A DNA stretch of 64,000 nucleotides from an uncultured bacterium (GTDB lineage: Bacteria; Gemmatimonadota; Gemmatimonadetes; Gemmatimonadales; Gemmatimonadaceae): NCBI GenBank assembly GCA_963978095.1, contig CAXBQP010000003.1:32001-96000 (forward strand), given 5' to 3'. Below are positions 28,762 through 37,783 of this stretch, piece after piece. The stretch's first letter is position 1, and the number at the start of each line of letters is the position of its first letter. Made by a program: the position numbers and the translations under genes. The notes below the pieces were generated by a model. That model made no database searches. It was not told the origin of the DNA and saw only the letters and a list, made by a program, of their open reading frames with translations.

Positions 28762-31448
28762 GCAGGGAGGCCACGCCCTTGATGCAACAGTACCGTGAGA
28801 TCAAGGCGCGGCATCAGCACGCCATCCTGTTCTTCCGGATGGGTGATTTCTACGAGATGTTCTACGAGGACGCGGACGTCGCGTCGCGTGTGCTCGGGCT
28901 GACCCTGACCTCGCGCAACAACGGTGGTGCGACGTCGGTCCCGTTGGCCGGCGTGCCGGTGAAGGCCGCCACCGAGTATCTGCGCCGATTGGTGCAGCAG
29001 GGATTCCGCGTCGCGATCTGCGAACAGGTGGAGGATCCCAAGCTGGCGAAGGGCATCGTCCGGCGTGAGGTCGTCGAGACGATCACGCCTGGTGCTGCGT
29101 TCAGCGATGACCTGCTGGATGGTGCGCGCAACAATTTTCTCTGTGCCGTCCAGGTCGCGGGCGAGTTGACCGGTCTTGCGGCGGTCGATGTGTCGACCGG
29201 CGAATTCCGCCTGGTGACCGCGCGCTCCGGCGATGCGGCGGCGGCGTTGGCCCGGTTGTCGCCGCGTGAGGTGATCACGCCGGCAGGGAATGCGGATGCC
29301 GCGGTCTTGGCGCGCGGGCTGGATGTGTTGACGACCGAGCGCGACGGATGGGAGTTCGAGTCCGCGCTCGCCGAGCAGGCGATGGCCGAGCATTTCGCCG
29401 TGCGCTCACTCGAGGGATTCGGGATCGGTGCCGTGGACGCGGCGGCGGTCGGTGCCGCGGGGGCGTTGTTGCGCTATCTCCGCGAACTGCAGCCGTCGGG
29501 GATCCCGCATCTCGCGCGTCCCATCATCGAGCGGCCCGGCGGCGTCATGCCGCTGGACGACATGACGCGTCGCAACCTCGAGTTGGTGGAGTCCTTGCGT
29601 GGCGGAGACCAGTCCGGGACGCTCTTGGGTGTCCTGGATCGCACGCAGACACCCATGGGCGCCCGGTTGTTGCGACACTGGATCTTGGCGCCACTGACGG
29701 ATGTTGCCGCCATCACCGCACGTCTCGATGCGGTGGATGGGTTGGTGTCCGATGCCCTTGCCCGCGCGGCGTTGCGCAGCGCCCTCGATGGTGTTCGGGA
29801 TGTGGAGCGTCTGGCGGGGAAGGCGGCGGCGGGGCGTGCGAATCCGCGCGATCTGCGAGCGCTCGGCGACTCCCTGGCGCGGCTCCCGGAGGTGGAGCGC
29901 GCCTTGCGCCGTACGCCGCCAGCCGGCGCGCTGGCGGAGATCGTCACCGTGTGGGACTCATGCCCCGATCTCGCGACCGAGATTCAGCGGGTGCTGGTGG
30001 AGCGCCCCGGTACGAGTGTCGGGGAAGGTGAGACGATCGCCTCCGGCGTGGACGGCACGCTCGACGAGTTGCGGGCGATCGCCATCGGCGGCAAGGATGC
30101 GATTGCGGCGATGCAGACCGCCGAGCGTGAGCGCACCGGGATCGCCTCGCTGAAGGTCGGGTACAACCGCGTGTTCGGCTATTTCATCGAAGTCACGAAC
30201 ACGAACGCGCATCTGGTGCCTCCGGATTACCAGCGTCGTCAGACGTTGACCGGCGCGGAGCGGTACATCACGCCGGCGCTGAAGGAGTTCGAGGAGAAGG
30301 TGCTGCATGCGACGGAGCGGATCGAGACGCTCGAGCGGCAGTTGTTCGAGGCGCTGCGGGGTAGGGCCGGGGCACAGATCGGGCGATTGCAGGGGGTGGC
30401 GTCGACGCTCGCGCGTCTGGATGTACTCGGCACGCTCGCGGAAGTGGCGGCGCGTGAGGGGTATGTGCGTCCCGAGGTGCGCGATGGGATGTCGCTCGAG
30501 ATCACCGGTGGGCGCCACCCCGTGGTGGAGCGGATGATGCCGCGCGAGCAGTTCATCCCCAACGACGTGACGCTGACGCCGGATGCGCGGATGATCATCC
30601 TCACCGGTCCGAACATGGCCGGAAAAAGTACCATATTGCGACAAATCGGCCTGCTCGTGCTCATGGCACAGATGGGGAGTTTCGTGCCGGCCACCCGGGC
30701 GGTGGTGGGGATCGCCGATCGCGTCTTCACGCGGGTGGGGGCGAGTGACAATCTGGTGCGCGGGCAATCCACGTTCATGGTGGAGATGTCGGAGACGAGC
30801 GCGATCCTGCACACGGCGACCGCGCGGAGTCTGGTGCTGCTCGACGAGATCGGCCGCGGGACGAGCACATGGGACGGGGTGAGCATCGCGTGGGCGGTGA
30901 GCGAGCATCTGCACGAACAGGTCGGCTGCAAGACCGTGTTCGCGACGCACTATCACGAACTCACGCAGCTCGCCGACGAATTAGTAGCAGTACGAAACTA
31001 TAACGTGGACGTGAAGGAGGTCGGCGAGAAGATCCTCTTCCTCCATCGCTTGAAGCCCGGCGGGGCTGACCGATCGTACGGGATCGAGGTCGGACGGCTC
31101 GCGGGACTGCCGGCTCCGGTGATCGCTCGCGCCCGTTCCCTGCTCGCGTTGCTCGAGAGTGAACAGTTGGCGGAGGCGCTCTCCGGAGCGGGCGCTGCGT
31201 CCGCCCCGCGCGTGCCCCGCGCGGGCGGAAGTGCCGGACCAGGTGCCGTGCGCCACCCCCCGCTCCCGCGGGCCGACCAGCTCGGACTGTTCGCGCCCGC
31301 GGCCGCGCCACATCCCGTGCTCGCACGGCTCCGCGCGTTGCATCCGGACACCATGACGCCGCTCGACGCGCTGACCGTGTTGGCACAGCTCAGTCAAGAG
31401 GCCAAGCGGGACGCGTCCCCGGAAGCGCCCCGGGACGTGGCCGGGTAG
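28758..31448 (+). CDS. mutS: DNA mismatch repair protein MutS
   Basis: TPLMQQY, FRMGDFYE, TGPNMAGKST, DEIGRGTS, FATHYHEL, C-terminal QLGLF clamp motif. Confidence 0.99.
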   Translation: MSREATPLMQQYREIKARHQHAILFFRMGDFYEMFYEDADVASRVLGLTLTSRNNGGATSVPLAGVPVKAATEYLRRLVQQGFRVAICEQVEDPKLAKGIVRREVVETITPGAAFSDDLLDGARNNFLCAVQVAGELTGLAAVDVSTGEFRLVTARSGDAAAALARLSPREVITPAGNADAAVLARGLDVLTTERDGWEFESALAEQAMAEHFAVRSLEGFGIGAVDAAAVGAAGALLRYLRELQPSGIPHLARPIIERPGGVMPLDDMTRRNLELVESLRGGDQSGTLLGVLDRTQTPMGARLLRHWILAPLTDVAAITARLDAVDGLVSDALARAALRSALDGVRDVERLAGKAAAGRANPRDLRALGDSLARLPEVERALRRTPPAGALAEIVTVWDSCPDLATEIQRVLVERPGTSVGEGETIASGVDGTLDELRAIAIGGKDAIAAMQTAERERTGIASLKVGYNRVFGYFIEVTNTNAHLVPPDYQRRQTLTGAERYITPALKEFEEKVLHATERIETLERQLFEALRGRAGAQIGRLQGVASTLARLDVLGTLAEVAAREGYVRPEVRDGMSLEITGGRHPVVERMMPREQFIPNDVTLTPDARMIILTGPNMAGKSTILRQIGLLVLMAQMGSFVPATRAVVGIADRVFTRVGASDNLVRGQSTFMVEMSETSAILHTATARSLVLLDEIGRGTSTWDGVSIAWAVSEHLHEQVGCKTVFATHYHELTQLADELVAVRNYNVDVKEVGEKILFLHRLKPGGADRSYGIEVGRLAGLPAPVIARARSLLALLESEQLAEALSGAGAASAPRVPRAGGSAGPGAVRHPPLPRADQLGLFAPAAAPHPVLARLRALHPDTMTPLDALTVLAQLSQEAKRDASPEAPRDVAG

Positions 31449-31482
31449 ATTTCCGCATTCTCCTTCGACCGACCGGACACCG

Positions 31483-32883
31483 ATGCCAGCACCCGCCAAC
31501 GACCTCAAAGTCTACGACTCGATCCTCGATACGATCGGGTGGACGCCGCTGATTCGTCTGCATCAGGTCACCAAGGGGATCACGACCCCGGTGTGGGTGA
31601 AGGCCGAGTTGTTCAACCCCGGCGGTTCCGTGAAGGACCGGATCGGGATGGCGATCATCGAGGCCGCGGAGCGGTCTGGCACGCTCAAGCCCGGTGGGGT
31701 GATCGTCGAAGGCACGAGCGGCAACACCGGTGTCGCGCTGGCGTTGGCGGCCACCAAGAAGGGGTACCGGTGCATCTTCACGATGCCCGACAAGATGTCG
31801 CAGGAAAAAGTGCGACTGCTGAAGGCGTTCGGTGCCGATGTCATCATCACGCCGACCGCGGTGCCGCCGGACCATCCGGACAGCTATGTCATGACCGCCA
31901 AGCGGATCGCGAAGGAGACCCCGAACGCGGTGTTGGCGAATCAGTTCTACAACCAGGCCAATCCGGACGCGCATTTCGCGACGACGGGCCCGGAGATCTG
32001 GGAGCAGACCGCAGGGAAGGTCACGCACATCATCGGTGGCGCGGGGACCGGCGGCACGATCACCGGTACGGGGCGCTACCTGAAGTCGATGAATCCGAAG
32101 GTCCAGGTGATTTGCGCCGACCCGATCGGATCGATCCTGGCCGAGTTGTGGCGGAGCAATGGAACGCGCACGCCGGTCGGCGCGCCGTACAAGGTTGAAG
32201 GGATCGGGCAGGACAAGCTGCCCGAGACGCTCGACATGAGCATCATCGACGAGTTCCAGAACGTGAGTGATCGCGATGCGTTCACCATGGCGCGCCGCAT
32301 GACCCGTGAAGAGGGGATGTTCATCGGCGGATCGGCCGGGTTGCTGGTGCATGCCGCTCTCTCGGTGGCGCGTCGCGTGAACGACCCGAACGCCTGTGTG
32401 GTCACCTTCCTGTGTGACACCGGTGAGCGCTATCTCTCGAAGTTGTACAACGACGAGTGGATGCGGGAGAACCAGATGCTCGACGTCGAGAAGGCGACGT
32501 TGCTGCAGCTGATCGAGGGGAAGTCCTCGAGCGGAGCGGGCGCGGTGGTCAGCCTCGCGCCGACGAACACGGTGCGCCAGGCGATCACCTTGATGAGTCT
32601 GCACGACGTGTCGCAGTTGCCGGTGATGGATGGCGGGACGTGCGTCGGATCGGTGAGCGATGGCGCGTTGGCGACGAAGGGGCTCGAGGATGTGAAGCTG
32701 TTGGAGCGGCCGGTGAGCAGTGTGATGGATTCTGCCTTCCCCGTGGTCGACGCCGGCACGCCGGTGGACGCGATCGTGAAGGTGCTGACCAAGGCGAACC
32801 CGGCGGTGCTCGTGCGGGTGGATGGCGAGATTCGCGGCATCGTGACGCGTGGCGACATGCTGCAGTTCCTGATGGCGCGGTAG
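31483..32883 (+). CDS. Cystathionine beta-synthase (PLP domain plus CBS pair)
   Basis: NPGGSVKDR, TSGNTG, GTGGTITG, YKVEGIG, C-terminal CBS domains. Confidence 0.92.
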   Translation: MPAPANDLKVYDSILDTIGWTPLIRLHQVTKGITTPVWVKAELFNPGGSVKDRIGMAIIEAAERSGTLKPGGVIVEGTSGNTGVALALAATKKGYRCIFTMPDKMSQEKVRLLKAFGADVIITPTAVPPDHPDSYVMTAKRIAKETPNAVLANQFYNQANPDAHFATTGPEIWEQTAGKVTHIIGGAGTGGTITGTGRYLKSMNPKVQVICADPIGSILAELWRSNGTRTPVGAPYKVEGIGQDKLPETLDMSIIDEFQNVSDRDAFTMARRMTREEGMFIGGSAGLLVHAALSVARRVNDPNACVVTFLCDTGERYLSKLYNDEWMRENQMLDVEKATLLQLIEGKSSSGAGAVVSLAPTNTVRQAITLMSLHDVSQLPVMDGGTCVGSVSDGALATKGLEDVKLLERPVSSVMDSAFPVVDAGTPVDAIVKVLTKANPAVLVRVDGEIRGIVTRGDMLQFLMAR

Positions 32884-32892
32884 GGCAGGCGC

Positions 32893-33954
32893 GTGCGCAT
32901 CACCGTGCTCCTGGGGGGGACGTCCTCCGAGCGTGACGTGTCGTTGGCGAGCGGATTGCGCGTGGCGCAGGCGCTGCGGTCGCTCGGGCACACCGTGACC
33001 GCGGTCGACACCGTGCACGGCGCGCTCACCGCCAGCGACGAAGCGGCGATGCTCGCCTCGGGCGTGATGCGGACGCTGCCGCCCGAGCAGGAGGCGCTCG
33101 TCCGGATGTCGGCGACCGCGCTCCCCGCGACGGTGCGTGCCATGCCGCGCCCCGACGAGACCGACGTCGTCTTCCTCGGCTTGCATGGCGGGCAGGGCGA
33201 GGACGGCACGATTCAGGCGCTCCTCGATCTGACCGGTGTGCCGTACACCGGGAGCGGGCCGCTCGCGAGTGCGCTCGCGATGGACAAGGACCTCTCGAAG
33301 CGGCTCCTGAAGGATGCCGGCGTGCCAACGCCCAGCTGGTGGATGGCGCGCGTCGAAGATGACGAGGCGTGGCGCACCGCGGCGTATGCCGACGCCGCGG
33401 TGGCGGCGATCGGGATGCCGTTGATCGTGAAGCCGAGCAAGCAGGGATCGACCGTCGGGCTCTCGCTCGTGAAGTCGGCCGACGCGCTGGGGCCGGCGAT
33501 CGCCGAGGCGTTCCGGTATGATGATGAAGTGATGATCGAGCAGTTCATCGCCGGGCGCGAGCTGACGGTTGGGGTCCTGGGAGACCAGGTGTTGCCCGTG
33601 GGGGAGATCATTCCCAAGCACGAGATCTACGACTACGAGTGCAAGTACACGGCCGGGATGGCGACCGAGGTGTTCCCGGCGGCGCTGACCGATGCCGAGC
33701 GGATCGAGGTGCAGCGATTGGCGTTGGTGGCGTTCCGGGCGCTGAAGTTGCGCGGGTATGCCCGGATCGACTTCCGGATGGCGACGGATGGCACCTTCCA
33801 GTGTTTGGAAGCGAACACGCTACCCGGGATGACGGAGTTGAGTCTCATTCCGCAAGCGGCGGCGGCGGCGGGGATTCCGTTTCCGGCGTTGTGTGAGCGG
33901 ATCGTGCAGTTGGCGTTGCGGGGACGGACCTTGGCGCCGACCGAGGGGCGGTAG
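32893..33954 (+). CDS. ddl: D-alanine--D-alanine ligase
   Basis: GGTSSERDVS, LHGGQGEDG, GSTVG, YDYECKY, EANTLPGMT. Confidence 0.95.
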   Translation: MRITVLLGGTSSERDVSLASGLRVAQALRSLGHTVTAVDTVHGALTASDEAAMLASGVMRTLPPEQEALVRMSATALPATVRAMPRPDETDVVFLGLHGGQGEDGTIQALLDLTGVPYTGSGPLASALAMDKDLSKRLLKDAGVPTPSWWMARVEDDEAWRTAAYADAAVAAIGMPLIVKPSKQGSTVGLSLVKSADALGPAIAEAFRYDDEVMIEQFIAGRELTVGVLGDQVLPVGEIIPKHEIYDYECKYTAGMATEVFPAALTDAERIEVQRLALVAFRALKLRGYARIDFRMATDGTFQCLEANTLPGMTELSLIPQAAAAAGIPFPALCERIVQLALRGRTLAPTEGR

Positions 33955-34068
33955 GGTTCGTGTGCGCGCCGCCAGGATCTCATTATCGGGACTCACGAGT
34001 TTGTCTTCTGAAGCACGCGCGATGCTGGACGCGGTCTCGCGTCGGTTGCGCGAACCCTAGCCCATTTT

Positions 34069-34476
34069 ATGCCACAGCCTGAACTGTTGGAGACGTTCGC
34101 GAACCCTTATGCGCGTCGCGACTACGAGATTTTCATGACGTGTCCCGAGTTCACCTCGCTCTGCCCATTGGGCGGAGTGGAGAGTGATGCGGCCGAACTC
34201 GCGTTGCTGAAGGGCGGAGCTCCGGACTTTGCGACGATCAACATCACGTACGTGCCGGACAAGGTGTGTCTGGAGCTGAAGTCGTTGAAACTGTATTTGT
34301 GGAGTTTCCGGAACGACGGGATTTTCTATGAGCGGGTGGTGAACCGGATTTTGGACGATTTGGTGAAGGCGGCGAAGCCCCGGTCGATGACAGTGGTGGG
34401 GGATTTCAATGTCCGGGGGGGGATCAAGTCGGTGATTACGGTGGGGTACAAGAAGGGCGGCGCGAAGCGGCGATGA
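34069..34476 (+). CDS. queF: preQ0 reductase, type I QueF, with a loop insertion
   Basis: [14 protein letters not shown]...[20 protein letters not shown]. Confidence 0.92.
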   Translation: MPQPELLETFANPYARRDYEIFMTCPEFTSLCPLGGVESDAAELALLKGGAPDFATINITYVPDKVCLELKSLKLYLWSFRNDGIFYERVVNRILDDLVKAAKPRSMTVVGDFNVRGGIKSVITVGYKKGGAKRR

Positions 34477-34526
34477 CCGCCGTTCCGCACCGCCCTTGAT
34501 GTGCCAGCGAAAATCTTCGCGGCGCT

Positions 34527-36011
34527 CTACCGCACGATCCGCTCCACCCCGATCACCCTACTCGGCCCAAGCGTCAGCGCCTCCACCCCTGCCCGGATCT
34601 TGGCCAGGTCGCCCACGATCAGCACGGTCACCTTGTCGGCCGGCACGTACTGCTTGGCGACGCGCTGCACGTCGGCCGCCGTCACGGCGTTGATCTGACC
34701 GGGGAGGGCGCTCACGGAGGAGAGCGGGAGCCCGAACGTCCCGAGCGACACGAACTGCCCCGCGATCTGTCCGTTGGTCTCGAAGCGTCCGGGGATCGCG
34801 AGCGCCTCGTAGTGCTTGGCGCGCAGGAGCTCGTCCGCGGCAACCGGAACGTCGCGCAGCGCCTTAAGCTCCTTGAAGATCTCGACCAACGAGCTGTCGG
34901 TGACGTTCGTGCGCACCGAGCTCGAGATGGCGAACGGCCCGGGCACCGGCGCCCAGCGGAAGCTGCTGCTGATGCCGTAGGTGTAACCCTTGGCCTCGCG
35001 CAGGTTCTGGTTGAGACGAGACGAGAACGACCCGCCCAGGATGGTGTTCATCACCATCAGCGCGGGATAGTCCTTGCTGAGGCGGTCCGCGCCGGGCGCG
35101 CCAACATAAATCACGCTCTGCGCCGCACCGGGCTTGTCCACGAGGTACACCTGCACCTGGTCATTGCGCACGGCGGTGCTCGTGACGGCGGGGATCGGCA
35201 GCGCCGATCCCCTCTTCCATGCACCGAATCGCGCGTCGAGCAGCGGCCTCACTTCGGCGAGCGACACATCCCCGACCACGACGAACTTCGCCCGCCCTGG
35301 CACGAAGGCCCCGGTGTAGAACGCGCGCACCTTGGCGGAGTCGAGCGTGGCCACGGTAGCGCTGTCGCCGGCGACGGGGTTGTGGTACGGGTGTCCCTCG
35401 GGGAACAGCAACTGGTTGAAGGCGATCGCCGCCAGCTGCGTGGGCTGATCCTTGCGCTGCAGGATGCTGGCGAGCAGAAGGTCGCGCTGCTTCCGGACCT
35501 CCGCCGCGGCGTACGTCGGACGGAGTGCCACATCGGCCATGAGGTCGAGCGCAGGGCCAAGCGACCGCTTGGGGACGTTGAGTGAGACGCTGAAGTAGTC
35601 GCTCGACGCGCTCGCGAAAAGCGACGCGCCAAGGAACCCGAGTTCGCTCTGGAGAGCGTTGGCATCACGCGAACCCGCGCCTTCGGTGAGGAGTCGCGCG
35701 GCGAAGGCCGCCAACCCGGGCTGCTTGGCATCGAGGCGCGAACCGCCGTCGATCACCAAGGTGATCTGTACGAGTGGCACCTCATGCTGTCCCACGAGCT
35801 GAATGCCGACGCCATTGGCAAGCGCGGCCTTCTCGACGGTGGGGAGCTTGAGCGACGGCGTCTTGCCGAGCGCCGGGACCTTGGTGCGGTCGAAGGCGTT
35901 GGCGCCGGTCGCGCCGTTGGTACCCTGGGCGCCAAGGAGCATCGGCGCGGCGATGCAGGCGGCCGCGAGCACGCACGGCATGACGCTGCGGTTCATGAAC
36001 GGGCGCTTCAC
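34527..36011 (-). CDS. Secreted M16 peptidase, non-catalytic subunit
   Basis: Signal peptide, LANG, LGGSFSSRLNQNLREAKGYTYG, no HxxEH. Confidence 0.9.
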   Translation of the reverse strand: MKRPFMNRSVMPCVLAAACIAAPMLLGAQGTNGATGANAFDRTKVPALGKTPSLKLPTVEKAALANGVGIQLVGQHEVPLVQITLVIDGGSRLDAKQPGLAAFAARLLTEGAGSRDANALQSELGFLGASLFASASSDYFSVSLNVPKRSLGPALDLMADVALRPTYAAAEVRKQRDLLLASILQRKDQPTQLAAIAFNQLLFPEGHPYHNPVAGDSATVATLDSAKVRAFYTGAFVPGRAKFVVVGDVSLAEVRPLLDARFGAWKRGSALPIPAVTSTAVRNDQVQVYLVDKPGAAQSVIYVGAPGADRLSKDYPALMVMNTILGGSFSSRLNQNLREAKGYTYGISSSFRWAPVPGPFAISSSVRTNVTDSSLVEIFKELKALRDVPVAADELLRAKHYEALAIPGRFETNGQIAGQFVSLGTFGLPLSSVSALPGQINAVTAADVQRVAKQYVPADKVTVLIVGDLAKIRAGVEALTLGPSRVIGVERIVR

Positions 36012-37405
36012 TGGGCCACCCCCTTCTTGGCGGCCAGCTCGAGCTTGCCCTGCGGCACGACGGAGATCATCACACGATTGGTGAGGAGGTACTGTTTGAC
36101 GACGCGTTGCACGTCGGCAGCCGTGACTCGGCGGAATCGGTCGATGTCGGACTGGAAGGAATCGGGCTTCCCTGTCTGGTAGAAGTAGGCGTTGAGCTGA
36201 TCAGCCTTCCCCATGACCGATTCGATGCGGCGGAGGAAGCTTGCCTCGATGGTGTTCTTGGCCTGCTCGAGCTCGCGGGCGTTGGGGCCCTCGGCGGCGA
36301 GTTTGCGGATCTCGGCGTCGATGATGGCGCGGAGCGTGTCGAGTCCTTTTCCGGGACGAGCGGTGGCGACGATGCTGAAGTCGCCATCGAGTCGTTTGCC
36401 GTCCTGGTTCGCGAAGACGTTGGTGGCAAGCTCGTTGTTGTGCACGAGCGCCTGCGGGAGCCGGGCGGTGCGCGGACCGGCCAGCACGGCGGCCGCGATG
36501 TCGAGCGCGGCGTCATCGCCGTGCCACCCCCTCACCGTGTGCCATTCGAGATACAGGCGCGGGAGCTGTACGCGATCCTCGAGGGTGACGGCGGTGTCAC
36601 GCACCACGAAGGGGGCAGGGGCGGGGCGCTCGATCTTCGGGCCGCGCGGCACAGCGGAGAAGTACTTCCGGACCAGCGCCTTCACCTCGGCGGCCTTCAC
36701 ATCGCCGGCGACCACGATGGTGGCATTGTTCGGCGCGTAGTACTGCCGGAAGAAGTTCTTGACGTCGTCCACCGAGGCGGCGGAGAGGTCCGCCATGGAG
36801 CCGATCACCGGCCAGGAATACGGGTGGCCGGCCGGATACATGAGCTTGGGTTCATAATCGGCGACCAAGCCGTACGGCTGGTTCTCGTACGACTGGCGTC
36901 GCTCGTTCTTCACCACGTCCCGCTGGAGGTCCACCTTGGGCTTGTCCATGGTGGGGAGGAGCCATCCCATGCGGTCGGCCTCGAGCCAGAGCATGAGCGG
37001 GAGCGCGGAGCTTGGGCCCGACTCGTAGTAGTTGGTGCGGTCCTCGGTGGTGGAGCCGTTGTTGTTGGCGCCGGCGGCCTCGAGGAGGCGGTCGAACTGC
37101 GGGTTCTCGGCGTGCTCCGAGCCCATGAACATCAGGTGCTCGAACAGGTGGGCGAATCCCGTGCGTCCCGGCTTCTCATCGCCCGAGCCGACATGGAACC
37201 AGACGTCGGTGGTGACGATCGGGGTGGAATGATCCTCATGCACGATGAGGGTCAGCCCGTTCGGGAGGGAGTCGAGGACGTAGGGGACGCTGAGCGCGCG
37301 GGCGGCGGCTTTGGGGGCCTGGGCGAGCACCGGAGAGGTGAGAGCCGATGCCAGGACGGCGACACTCGCGAGAGCGCCCGTCCGAACGTGGCGGAACACG
37401 GTCAT
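36008..37405 (-). CDS. Secreted M16 peptidase, catalytic subunit
   Basis: Signal peptide from ATG 37405, GFAHLFEH, WLEADRM, YYAPNNA. Confidence 0.93.
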   Translation of the reverse strand: MTVFRHVRTGALASVAVLASALTSPVLAQAPKAAARALSVPYVLDSLPNGLTLIVHEDHSTPIVTTDVWFHVGSGDEKPGRTGFAHLFEHLMFMGSEHAENPQFDRLLEAAGANNNGSTTEDRTNYYESGPSSALPLMLWLEADRMGWLLPTMDKPKVDLQRDVVKNERRQSYENQPYGLVADYEPKLMYPAGHPYSWPVIGSMADLSAASVDDVKNFFRQYYAPNNATIVVAGDVKAAEVKALVRKYFSAVPRGPKIERPAPAPFVVRDTAVTLEDRVQLPRLYLEWHTVRGWHGDDAALDIAAAVLAGPRTARLPQALVHNNELATNVFANQDGKRLDGDFSIVATARPGKGLDTLRAIIDAEIRKLAAEGPNARELEQAKNTIEASFLRRIESVMGKADQLNAYFYQTGKPDSFQSDIDRFRRVTAADVQRVVKQYLLTNRVMISVVPQGKLELAAKKGVAQ

Positions 37406-37533
37406 GGAATCCTGGAGAATGGGGTGCGGCACAGCGGCGACGGTACACCGCCCTCGCATAGTAAGGGAAATCGACGATGTGGTCGAGGGACGACTTGGCG
37501 GGGCGCCGCTTCCTGAATATCTTTCATAGCTAC

Positions 37534-37606
<73 letters not shown>

Positions 37607-37656
37607 CTCACGACACACCCTCAGCAGCGCTTCACGACCCGAACGCACCACCGTCA

Positions 37657-37728
37657 GGATGGACGGCCCACGTCTGCGGCGTCGAAGGGGAGACGGGTAC
37701 TCCGTCTCCCCTTTGTCATATCTTAGAT
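37657..37728. repeat. 72-bp direct repeat, copy 1, containing a terminator-like hairpin
   Basis: 62/72 identical to 40393-40464 by manual alignment; hairpin AAGGGGAGACGG...CCGTCTCCCCTT. Confidence 0.9.
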
Positions 37729-37783
37729 CAGTGGAAAAGAACATCAATTACCGTGACCGTGATCGCTCCGGCACGCTGATGCC

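Noticed and set aside
33955..34068. Known preQ1-I/II/III riboswitch call upstream of queF
   Set aside because: No class I stem-loop with A-rich tail, and no class II/III consensus that I can recognise; kept only as an unclassified candidate.
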